Assembly: GCA_017467165.1 (NCBI GenBank)
Contig: JAFTST010000051.1
Span: forward strand, 78,488-142,487
Reading direction: 5' to 3'
DNA length: 64,000 nucleotides
From: Clostridia bacterium
Lineage (GTDB): Bacteria; Bacillota; Clostridia; Oscillospirales; CAG-272
In this document: positions 9,211-17,457 of the stretch, one piece after another
Layout of the letters: every line of letters begins with the position of its first letter
Numbering within the stretch: position 1 is the stretch's first letter
Made by a program: the position numbers and the translations under genes
The notes under the pieces: generated by a model
The model's database searches: none
Told to the model about the DNA's origin: nothing
The model's input: only the letters and a program-made list of their open reading frames with translations

Positions 9211-10044
9211 TTATTTGCCTAGATTAAATTGGTTCTCAATGAGATCTCTCATCTCGCCCTCAAGATCTTTTTCATCCAGATCTGCTATATAGTCTATATC
9301 GTGGTCATAAAGATAAAGGTAGTACAGCGTGGAATTATCTCTATCAATGCCGATCAGATAAATGTGTTTGGGGAAATAATCTTTGTTTCCTTCGGTAATA
9401 ACCCTAAAAAAGATTCCTTCATAAGTAAATTCGGGCGCGGTAATCACATAGTAATCGTAATCAATAACAGGCTCTGACAAAAACTGATGCGAGTCTATGT
9501 AAGCCTTATAGTCTGCCTCACACAGTTCGTGGCTATCGTATTTTACGATTGCAGTGATAGACTGATAATAGAAAAATCCACAAGAAACTCTGCCAACAAA
9601 TTGAACGTCATGCTCATCGAATTCGCTGTACGTTGGGAAATTGCTGAAATTGGTTCCCATATCATCTGCGCACCGGTTGAAGTCATCTTCACTTTCAATC
9701 TCAAAGTCGTTTTTGATAGTAGGAATAGCAAAGGCGCCTAAAAAAAGAGAAAACGGATTGCCCAGCGCTATGATAACGATTACATTCACCAAGCCGGAAA
9801 GCCATTTTTGCTTAGTACGAATGTTGAAAAAGAGCATCAAAACGAAAACGGCAATACAAACACCAACAACAATAAACTCGCGGTATGGCGTATAGCTACT
9901 ATAAAGATAGGGAGTTTTTTCTTTAAATTCAAAAACATCCTTTATTGAAAGTATCGCTATAGACAAAAACCAAGCTAAGGCAAGTCCAATCAATATTACG
10001 GCTATGATTTTAAATAGAGAAAATTTAACCTTTTTCTGACTCAT
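9211..10044 (-). CDS. Hypothetical membrane protein (3-4 N-terminal TM helices plus ~170-aa Tyr/Asp-rich soluble domain)
   Basis: Start moved to ATG 10044 (MSQKKVKF), which is preceded by AAAGGGG. AT-rich. No recognisable motif. Confidence 0.55.
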   Translation of the reverse strand: MSQKKVKFSLFKIIAVILIGLALAWFLSIAILSIKDVFEFKEKTPYLYSSYTPYREFIVVGVCIAVFVLMLFFNIRTKQKWLSGLVNVIVIIALGNPFSLFLGAFAIPTIKNDFEIESEDDFNRCADDMGTNFSNFPTYSEFDEHDVQFVGRVSCGFFYYQSITAIVKYDSHELCEADYKAYIDSHQFLSEPVIDYDYYVITAPEFTYEGIFFRVITEGNKDYFPKHIYLIGIDRDNSTLYYLYLYDHDIDYIADLDEKDLEGEMRDLIENQFNLGK

Positions 10045-10179
10045 AGTTGACCCCTTTTGAAAGTATATGCTAAGCTGATTTTTTATTTTGCAGTATAGTG
10101 ACAAGCTTGTCCATCTTGCCTTTTAGAAAACGAACGGTTGCGGGTGTGCCCTGCGCTTGCAGAAATGTAACAAAAACAT

Positions 10180-10389
10180 TTATTTTATGACATCAGAAAC
10201 AATCCACATTATTCCAACCCGTTCAAGATCATCAGAGCTTGTATTGTACAGGATATTATGTAGTTCATTTATTTTTTCCTGATGCCAAATAATAAATTCT
10301 GCTTCCAACCTATTCTTGGGCAAAATACAGACACCGCTATTACTTGCGTTTGGGTTATAACTAATTTTGTATTCGATATTGTTTTTCAA
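10180..10389 (-). CDS. Questionable small ORF (69 aa, TTG start, no RBS); possible gene remnant
   Basis: The start codon at 10387-10389 is TTG. There is no in-frame ATG upstream before a stop and no Shine-Dalgarno sequence. Confidence 0.2.
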   Translation of the reverse strand: MKNNIEYKISYNPNASNSGVCILPKNRLEAEFIIWHQEKINELHNILYNTSSDDLERVGIMWIVSDVIK

Positions 10390-10435
10390 ACTATTTGAAA
10401 CTAATGTTTGAATAGATTTTTATTCCTTTAATGAA

Positions 10436-10570
10436 ATCCTAAAATGAATTTTAGGATGAAGTCACTTTGTGATGAAGTCCGCTGTCGCGGATGAAGTCGA
10501 AAACGGTGTTTTCGGTTGAAATACACCGCGCCTGCGCGACTTCATCCGAGCATTCGCGAGGACTTCATCT
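10436..10570. repeat. Nested inverted-repeat element built from 9-11-bp GATGAAGTC units
   Basis: GGATGAAGTC at 10454-63, GATGAAGTCC at 10471-80, GGATGAAGTCG at 10489-99. Complements CGACTTCATCC at 10537-47 and GGACTTCATC at 10560-69. Central hairpin CGAAAAC-GGT-GTTTTCG. Separate hairpin ATCCTAAAA-TGAA-TTTTAGGAT at 10436-58. Confidence 0.8.
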
Positions 10571-10581
10571 GCGTAGCAGAT

Positions 10582-11562
10582 TTATTCCCATTCTATTGTG
10601 CCAACGGGCTTTGGCGTTAAATCATATACTACCCTGTTAATTCCCTCAACCTCTTTGGTTATTCTATCGGTGATTCTGTGGAGTATGGGGTAGGGGATAT
10701 CCTCTACTGTTGCGGTCATAGCGTCGACCGTGTTAACCGCGCGGATAATAGCCGCCCAGCCCTCGTAGCGCTTTCCGTCCCTGACGCCGACGCTCTTTAA
10801 GTCGGGTATCGCGATAAAGTACTGCCAAACTCTTTCGGCAAGGCCGCAGCGGTCAAACTCCTCCCTGAGAATTGCATCAGCCTCGCGCAGAGCGTGAAGT
10901 CTGTCGCGGGTGATAGCGCCAAGGCAGCGCACGCCGAGTCCGGGGCCGGGGAAGGGCTGACGGTAGACCATCGCGTGCGGAAGTCCGAGCTCCTCGCCGA
11001 CAATCCTGACCTCGTCCTTATACAAGAGCTTGAGAGGCTCTACGAGCCTGAACTGCAAATCAGCGGGCAGACCGCCTACGTTGTGGTGCGCCTTAACTCC
11101 GTCGCTCTCGATAATATCGGGATATATAGTGCCCTGGGCGAGAAACTCAATGCCGTCGAGCTTTCTTGCCTCCTCCTCGAATATGCGGATGAACTCCGCT
11201 CCTATAATGGAGCGCTTTTCCTCGGGAGAGCTGACTCCCGCCAGCTTGTCAAGATATCTGTCGGTCGCATCAATGTAGATAAGATTGGCGTCGAGCTCCT
11301 TTCCGAAAATCTCTATAACCTGCTCGCTCTCTCCCTTTCTCATAAGCCCGTGATTGACGTGCACGCACACAAGCTGCTTGCCGACCGCCTTGATAAGAAG
11401 CGCGGCTACAACCGAGGAGTCTACTCCTCCGGAGAGGGCAAGGAGAACCTTTTTTTCTCCGACCTCTGCTCTTATGGCTTGAATCTGCTCGTCTATGAAC
11501 GCCTTGGCGAGCTCGGGGGTGGTGATGCGCTGCATTGCTTCGGGTCTTTTGTTTGAATTCAT
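10582..11562 (-). CDS. guaA: GMP synthase ATP-pyrophosphatase/dimerisation domains only (no GATase domain)
   Basis: PP-loop LALSGGVDSSV and the canonical C-terminus ...KPVGTIEWE. It is 326 aa versus about 510-525 aa for fused GuaA. Upstream is a divergent promoter region, not a GATase ORF. Confidence 0.85.
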   Translation of the reverse strand: MNSNKRPEAMQRITTPELAKAFIDEQIQAIRAEVGEKKVLLALSGGVDSSVVAALLIKAVGKQLVCVHVNHGLMRKGESEQVIEIFGKELDANLIYIDATDRYLDKLAGVSSPEEKRSIIGAEFIRIFEEEARKLDGIEFLAQGTIYPDIIESDGVKAHHNVGGLPADLQFRLVEPLKLLYKDEVRIVGEELGLPHAMVYRQPFPGPGLGVRCLGAITRDRLHALREADAILREEFDRCGLAERVWQYFIAIPDLKSVGVRDGKRYEGWAAIIRAVNTVDAMTATVEDIPYPILHRITDRITKEVEGINRVVYDLTPKPVGTIEWE

Positions 11563-11700
11563 GGGGAGAGCTCCTTTTGACTTGATTTATAAGGTAATTA
11601 TATAATATTATTTCCCTTATTACAAGATATTTTAGCAAGATAATTTAACAAAATGAGAAAAAATGAATATACAGAATAAGAGGAAAGAAAGGAGAAAAAT

Positions 11701-12252
11701 ATGCTGGTGATAAAGCAGTATAACAGAGAGCGGGCGGTGGAGTATGCGAAAAAATACGCCTTTTCCCAAAACCCAATATTCGGAAACTTCAGAGGCATCG
11801 GCGGCAACTGTACCAACTTCGTTTCCCAGGCGCTCTATGCGGGAACCTGCGTTATGAATTACACCAAGACGTACGGCTGGTATTATATCTCGCTTGACGA
11901 CCGCTCGCCGTCATGGACGGGAGTTGAGTATTTTTATAACTTCATAACCACGAACACGGGGGTGGGGCCCTTTGGCAGAGAGGTGTCTGCCGACGGAGCG
12001 TCGGTCGGCGATATAATTCAGCTCGCGAAAAACGAGGGCGGCTTCTATCACACTCTGCTTATAGTTGGCTATGAGGGAGAGGACCCCCTTGTTGCCGCTC
12101 AGACCGACGACGCCTACGCGCGACCGCTGTCAACCTATACCTTTGACTACCTGAGGTACATAAGAATAGACGGCGCGAGAATAGAGATAGAGGACAGCTC
12201 CGACTGCTATCAGAGCGTCTACGACGGAGTTGCCATAGTGCCTACGGCGTGA
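11701..12252 (+). CDS. Putative amidase-domain protein (Amidase_6-like cysteine peptidase fold)
   Basis: GGNCTNFVSQALYAG (catalytic Cys context), SWTGVEYFYNFI and YHTLLIVG motifs. AGGAGA RBS. Confidence 0.6.
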   Translation: MLVIKQYNRERAVEYAKKYAFSQNPIFGNFRGIGGNCTNFVSQALYAGTCVMNYTKTYGWYYISLDDRSPSWTGVEYFYNFITTNTGVGPFGREVSADGASVGDIIQLAKNEGGFYHTLLIVGYEGEDPLVAAQTDDAYARPLSTYTFDYLRYIRIDGARIEIEDSSDCYQSVYDGVAIVPTA

Positions 12253-12295
12253 GAATCAGAAGAACGGCTTTGGAGGAAAAGAGGAGTCAGATATC

Positions 12296-12328
12296 AAAAA
12301 CCGCAGAGGTGCTCTCTGCGGTTTTTTC
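12296..12328. terminator. Bidirectional rho-independent terminator
   Basis: AAAAA-CCGCAGAG-gtgct-CTCTGCGG-TTTTTT lies between convergent genes. Confidence 0.8.
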
Positions 12329-12353
12329 TTAAATTATGCTTTGGGGAGCTTGA

Positions 12354-14669
12354 TTATTTGCCCCACTTTTCCATAGGAACAATCTCGGAGTAGCCCTCGC
12401 CGTCAATCGCTACGGCACAGACGATTTTCGTAGCGTTCTTATGTACCACGAGAAGTCTGGTGTGGTCGTGTCTGTCGTACTCCTCGTCAAAGTTCGCGGT
12501 GGTGCTGAGAAGATAGGTATAGCAGTCAGAGAGCGCGAGCTCGCCGTCGCCGAGAAGGCGGACTGTGATACTCTTTCCGTCCTTGTGCGTGAGGGTGGCG
12601 GATTTCTTGTCCTCAGCGAGAGTGGCGGTGATTTCGGTGTTATTGAAGTGGAAAATGCCGTAGGCATCCTGAGGATATGCGAACTCTACCTCGTCCTGAA
12701 TAACAACCGTATTTCTGTCCTCGGTGATGAGCATTCCGCGCAGAGCAGACTTGACTGCGTCGCCGTAGACCTCCTTGTTGTCTATGATGGCATACGCGCC
12801 CTTTCCGCTGTGTACTCTCGTCATTCTGCCCGTTGCGCCGGGGAGCTGACCGTACTCGACAGAGGGCAGGCAGAGGGTGTTGTTACCCTCGGCGTTTCTG
12901 CGGTACAGGCAGTAGTTTTCAAAGTAGCGATGTACGTTGTAGTAATCGGGGCCCATATCGGTGAACCAGAGAACACCCTTGTTGTGATATACGAGAGAGC
13001 CCGAGTCGAGCTGGCTGTGGCTGGGCTCAACGGGGTTGTAGCCACCCATAATTCCCGCGTAGAGAGAGCCTGCCGCCCATCCGTTTCTGACAACGAAGGC
13101 GTCGATTCCCTCCATATAGTAGTCAAGGGGCATTTCATCGAGCTTGGGAATATTTCTTTCTCTTACCACGGGGCTGTATAGGAGCTCGAAGAGCGTGGGG
13201 TTCTTTCCTCTTTCGAGGTGAGAAATTCTGAGCGCGTAGAGCTTGTCGTCGCCGTTGACCGTGGCGAGCATATTGAACAGGGAGGAATCCTGCTGCTCAA
13301 GAAGACCGTCGTGATAATTCCAGCCCACGAAGTCGCAGGACTCGGAGCTGAGAGCGTAGTAGCAGGTTCTGTCAATTCCCGCGGAGAGCGAGATACCGAG
13401 GTCGGAGCCGATAGCGTCGTAGAGGACTGCTATGATTTTGAACAGCGACTCGGTGCCGTATGACCAGTAGTGGTTGGACTCGACGTAGGAGCCGTCGGGC
13501 ATATACAGCTTCAGGACGTAGGTCGGCTGAGTTATAGAGGTGAGGCAGGCGCCGAGAAGCTCGGTCATAATCTTTTTTTCCTCGTCGGTCGCGTGCTTCG
13601 AGGTGATGAGCGAAAGAATTGAAATTACAAGGCAGGAGTTGTTAACCGAGTTCCAGTTATCCTTCTTGTCCTTGTAGCGCCAGCCCGTAGCGTGATGATG
13701 CGTCGGGTAGGTGCAGGTGTCGAATATGAAGGACAGGAAGCCCTCGTAGATTCCGTTTCTGTACACTCCGCGATAGATGGCGCCGGCGTCGAGCCCCATA
13801 CCTTCCCAGGCGTCCTCCATCCAGTCGTACGCAGTGGCGAAGAAGCCGGCCGCGCCCGCGCAGTTGAGGAAGTGACCGGGACCCCAGTGCTTCATCTCGC
13901 ATACCGCCTTGGCGATAAAGTAAGCCTGTCTTGCATAATACTCGTTTCCTGTGATTATGTAAGCGAAGGACAGATGCATCGAGCAGGAGGCGATGGTTTC
14001 GGAGAAATAGTGTCTGCCGCCGATATCGTACAGGTCCTCGCCGTAGCCGTGGTGCAGGGGCTCGTTAAGGCCGTCGCCCTTCTCGTTGAGTCTGAACTCG
14101 GGCTTTTTCGAAATGTCAATGCATTGCTCGAGAACCTTCGTTATAGCTCTCTTGGTCAGACAGTCCTCGCCCTCGTATATAGCGCGGAGCTTGTCGAATA
14201 TATCCTTAGTGGTGAAGAGGTAGGGTCTTTTGGGAGCGCGGGCGTTAAGCATTCCGAGAACCTGCTCGCCTATGCGAACGAAGCCTGCTCTCTGCTCCTC
14301 GGTGCAGGGTGAGTAATCTCCCTTGAGCTTGATTCTCTCGAAATCGAATATAAAGGTATCCTGAACGTTGAGGAAATAATCCTTATCATCGTTGTGATTG
14401 AGCGAAAGAATACCCTCGTCGGAGTCGATAAGCACCAGTCCCGTGCTGTCTGCGTTGACGTATGCGCCGACAATCTCGCTCGTGTATTCCACGCCTTCGT
14501 GAGAAACCGTATTTCCGTGACCGAACAGTCCCGAAAGAGCGGATACCGGCAGATATACCTTGCCGTCCTTCTCAAAGGGAGCTCCCTCAAGAAGAACCTT
14601 CTTCTCATTAACCAGCGCCTTTCTCGTTCCGAGCCTGAGAGCTATCTTGGGTAAATTACGGGTTGACAT
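12354..14669 (-). CDS. Heparinase II/III-like protein, 771 aa, no signal peptide (paralogue of 4607..8704)
   Basis: AAGGAGG RBS. N-terminus has a stalk-like segment (KVYLPVSALSGLFG). Core motifs MKHWGPGHFLN, SHSQLDSGSLVYHNKGVLWFTDMG and YRRNAEGNNTLCL are collinear with the larger protein. Confidence 0.8.
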   Translation of the reverse strand: MSTRNLPKIALRLGTRKALVNEKKVLLEGAPFEKDGKVYLPVSALSGLFGHGNTVSHEGVEYTSEIVGAYVNADSTGLVLIDSDEGILSLNHNDDKDYFLNVQDTFIFDFERIKLKGDYSPCTEEQRAGFVRIGEQVLGMLNARAPKRPYLFTTKDIFDKLRAIYEGEDCLTKRAITKVLEQCIDISKKPEFRLNEKGDGLNEPLHHGYGEDLYDIGGRHYFSETIASCSMHLSFAYIITGNEYYARQAYFIAKAVCEMKHWGPGHFLNCAGAAGFFATAYDWMEDAWEGMGLDAGAIYRGVYRNGIYEGFLSFIFDTCTYPTHHHATGWRYKDKKDNWNSVNNSCLVISILSLITSKHATDEEKKIMTELLGACLTSITQPTYVLKLYMPDGSYVESNHYWSYGTESLFKIIAVLYDAIGSDLGISLSAGIDRTCYYALSSESCDFVGWNYHDGLLEQQDSSLFNMLATVNGDDKLYALRISHLERGKNPTLFELLYSPVVRERNIPKLDEMPLDYYMEGIDAFVVRNGWAAGSLYAGIMGGYNPVEPSHSQLDSGSLVYHNKGVLWFTDMGPDYYNVHRYFENYCLYRRNAEGNNTLCLPSVEYGQLPGATGRMTRVHSGKGAYAIIDNKEVYGDAVKSALRGMLITEDRNTVVIQDEVEFAYPQDAYGIFHFNNTEITATLAEDKKSATLTHKDGKSITVRLLGDGELALSDCYTYLLSTTANFDEEYDRHDHTRLLVVHKNATKIVCAVAIDGEGYSEIVPMEKWGK

Positions 14670-14788
14670 AATAAAAAACCTCCTTGTGCCACTGTGGCTT
14701 AATATACGATAATTTTACCACACCGCCGTGTAAAAGTCTAGTATATTCGCGAAAAAAGTTGCGCGCGGGGGAGCAAAAAATATAATAT

Positions 14789-14817
14789 TTGACAAATTTG
14801 TCAAGATATGATATCAT
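14789..14817 (+). promoter_or_regulatory. Promoter for the MFS gene overlapping a perfect 16-bp palindrome
   Basis: TTGACA (14789-94), 17 nt, TGATATCAT-type -10. TTGACAAATTTGTCAA (14789-14804) is a perfect palindrome, so it also presents a TTGACA on the minus strand toward the lyase-like gene. Confidence 0.55.
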
Positions 14818-14880
14818 TATCGTTGTGGGGAGCAGCTCCCCTGAAAAACCGATTGCGATAAACGCGGAAACGGAGAGCTT

Positions 14881-16521
14881 ATGAAGCTTAATTACAAACG
14901 CACGATACTCGTCGGCTTCGCCTTTTTCCTTATCAGCGCATTCTGGCAGGCGTACGACGCTATAGTGCCCCTTATGTTGACTAATCACTACGGTATGAAT
15001 CAGTTCTGGTCAGGACTGGTTATGGCGATGGATAACATTCTCGCCGTCTTTCTTCTTCCTCTTTTCGGCGCTATCTCGGACAAGGTGGCGTCGAGGTTTG
15101 GAAAGAGAACCCCGTTCATCTTTATTGGAACGATACTCGCTGTCGTTATGTTCGTCTCGCTCACCTTCGTCGGCAACGGTCAGCTCTCGAGAGTTGAGGA
15201 TACCGAGGTCGTTATGGATTACTCCTGCGCGGAAACCCTCAGGGGCAACGTGGACGAGCTCGCAGGAAAAATCGCGGACAAGGACGACGCGACCCTTGAT
15301 GAGATTTATAAGAACGAGAAGGCGGCTATTGACAGCCTCTATGCCTCGAAAACCATTCCCGAGCAGTACGAGGCGGCTGACTCCTTCAGAGATGCTACAT
15401 ACAAGCTGATTAAGCAGGCGAAAAAGACCTCTGACGAGGGACTTGCTGAATTTGCTTCGGCTCAGCTCAAGGTGGTTGACACCCTGTTTCAGGAAATAGA
15501 GGGCTCTACCTTCGAGATAACCGAGAGAAATATAGGCTCTCTTGTGGGCTTCACTATGGTGCTTCTTCTGGTGCTCGTTTCTATGGCTCTGTTTCGCTCT
15601 CCCGCCGTCGCGCTTATGCCCGACGTTACCATTAAGCCCCTGCGCTCCAAGGGTAACGCTATAATTAACCTTATGGGCACCGCGGGCGGAATAATCGTGC
15701 TCGTTCTGGGTATGATATTTGCAACGAAGAGAATTTATATGCAGTATACGGGCTACGTTATCGCGGTATGCGCGGTTATGCTGGTCGGACTCGTTATCTT
15801 CCTCGTTACAGTTAAGGAAAACAAGTGGGCGAAGGATATGCAGGACGATACCGAAAGATACGGTATCGATGAGAGCACAGCCGACGAAGGTGGAGAGAAG
15901 AGAAGACTCTCCCGCTCCGAGATGGTGTCGCTGTTTCTTATTCTCGCGTCGGTTGCCCTCTGGTATATCGGCTACAACTCGATAACGAGTAAGTTCTCGG
16001 TGTACGCTACCCGTGAGCTTGGCTTCGACCACAATATCACACTCATCGTCGCTCAGGCGGCGGCGGTAGTCGCGTATATTCCCGTCGGAATTATATCCTC
16101 GAAGGTTGGCCGCAAGAAGGCGATTCTCGCAGGTATTGTTATGCTCACCGCGGCATTCATCGGCGGACACTTTATCACCCCCATCGTTCCCGAAATAATT
16201 ATGTATCCCATATTTATGCTCGCGGGCATTGGCTGGGCTACCATCAACGTCAACTCCTTCCCGATGGTCGTAGAGCTCGCTCGCGGCGGCGACGTCGGAA
16301 AATATACAGGCTACTACTATACCGCTTCTATGGCGGCGCAGATTGTGGCTCCCACCCTCTCGGGTCTGCTCTACGGCATATTCGGTATGAGGAGCACCTT
16401 CTTCGTGTTTGGCTCTGTGTTCGTTGCTCTTTCGTTCGTCACTATGCTCTTCGTCAAGCACGGTGACTCGCGTCCCGAGCCCACAGGCGCTCTTGAAAGC
16501 ATTGGCGCGGCTGAGGACTGA
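14881..16521 (+). CDS. MFS (GPH/SLC45-like) permease with a large extracytoplasmic insert
   Basis: FGAISDKVASRFGKRTPFIFIG loop 2-3 motif and about 12 TM helices. A ~115-aa hydrophilic helical insert sits between TM3 and TM4. Confidence 0.75.
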   Translation: MKLNYKRTILVGFAFFLISAFWQAYDAIVPLMLTNHYGMNQFWSGLVMAMDNILAVFLLPLFGAISDKVASRFGKRTPFIFIGTILAVVMFVSLTFVGNGQLSRVEDTEVVMDYSCAETLRGNVDELAGKIADKDDATLDEIYKNEKAAIDSLYASKTIPEQYEAADSFRDATYKLIKQAKKTSDEGLAEFASAQLKVVDTLFQEIEGSTFEITERNIGSLVGFTMVLLLVLVSMALFRSPAVALMPDVTIKPLRSKGNAIINLMGTAGGIIVLVLGMIFATKRIYMQYTGYVIAVCAVMLVGLVIFLVTVKENKWAKDMQDDTERYGIDESTADEGGEKRRLSRSEMVSLFLILASVALWYIGYNSITSKFSVYATRELGFDHNITLIVAQAAAVVAYIPVGIISSKVGRKKAILAGIVMLTAAFIGGHFITPIVPEIIMYPIFMLAGIGWATINVNSFPMVVELARGGDVGKYTGYYYTASMAAQIVAPTLSGLLYGIFGMRSTFFVFGSVFVALSFVTMLFVKHGDSRPEPTGALESIGAAED

Positions 16522-16553
16522 TAAATCAAAAATAACTTTTTAATGGAGGCGCT

Positions 16554-17399
16554 ATGTCCCCCACTGCACTCGCGCTGATTATTGGCGGCACATCGCTCTG
16601 TCTTATCGTGCTTCTCGTTATGCTGGGCGCTCTCTATATGATTGCCCCGGGCAGACGCGGCGATAAGATGAAAAAATATATGCGATACAGATACGCTCAC
16701 AGAGGGCTGCACGACTCTGTCAAGGCGGAGAACACCCTCTCTGCTATAACAGCGGCGGCTGCCGCGGGATACGGAATTGAGCTTGACGTCAGACTATCGA
16801 AGGACGGAGAGCTTGTTGTGTTCCACGACTCCTCGCTTTTCCGCGCGACAGGTGTGGACAGGCGTGTCGTTGACTGCACCACGGAGGAGCTCGCAGAGCT
16901 GTCAATATTTGACACGGCTGAGGGTGTACCGACTCTCAGGGCGGTGCTTGATGCGGTTGACGGTAGCGTGCCTCTGCTCATCGAAATGAAGATTGACGAG
17001 GGCAACGAGAGCGTTCCCGACAGGCTCGTTCTTGAGCTTGAGGGCTATGACGGCGACGTCATAGTTGAGTCCTTTAATCCTATGGCGCTTCGCAGACTGA
17101 GAAGGCTTCGCCCTGATATTCTTCGCGGAATACTGTCTATGGAATACTCCCGTGTGGAGAAATTCAAGAGCAAGCTCGTATATAAGCTTCTTCAGGGATT
17201 ATACTTCAATTTTATGATGCGCCCCGACTTTATCGCCTATGAGAAAACAGGGCACGCGGTGCGCGGACTCAGATTTGTCAGAAAGACCTTCGGCACTCCG
17301 CTTATCGCCTGGACGATAACCTCTCCCGACGAGGAGATGCGCGCCTTTGGCGACGGCTTTGACGCGGTGATATTCGAGGGCTATATACCGGATAACTAA
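16554..17399 (+). CDS. Glycerophosphodiester phosphodiesterase (GDPD family), N-terminal TM anchor
   Basis: YAHRGLHD and ENTLSAITAAAAAGYGIELDVRLSKDGELVVFHD motifs. Confidence 0.8.
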   Translation: MSPTALALIIGGTSLCLIVLLVMLGALYMIAPGRRGDKMKKYMRYRYAHRGLHDSVKAENTLSAITAAAAAGYGIELDVRLSKDGELVVFHDSSLFRATGVDRRVVDCTTEELAELSIFDTAEGVPTLRAVLDAVDGSVPLLIEMKIDEGNESVPDRLVLELEGYDGDVIVESFNPMALRRLRRLRPDILRGILSMEYSRVEKFKSKLVYKLLQGLYFNFMMRPDFIAYEKTGHAVRGLRFVRKTFGTPLIAWTITSPDEEMRAFGDGFDAVIFEGYIPDN

Positions 17400-17457
17400 A
17401 AAGGATAGCGGCGTCACACGGCGCCGCTATAATACGGCTTACAGAGGGTAGAAGAAT

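Noticed and set aside
10454-10570. Possible CRISPR array (repeated GATGAAGTC units)
   Set aside because: The units are only 9-11 bp and occur in both orientations, forming stems. Spacing is irregular (8-22 bp), and there are no cas genes in the window.
11563-11700. Purine riboswitch upstream of guaA
   Set aside because: The 138-nt AT-rich spacer lacks the conserved purine-aptamer loops (no TATAATCGCGTGGATATGGCACGCAAGTTTCTACCGGGCACCGTAAATGTCCGACTA-like sequence). It looks like plain divergent promoters.
15010-16461. 483-aa minus-strand ORF antisense to the MFS permease
   Set aside because: It is antisense to a gene with a clear MFS motif and TM periodicity. The translation is Arg/His/Glu-rich without structure.
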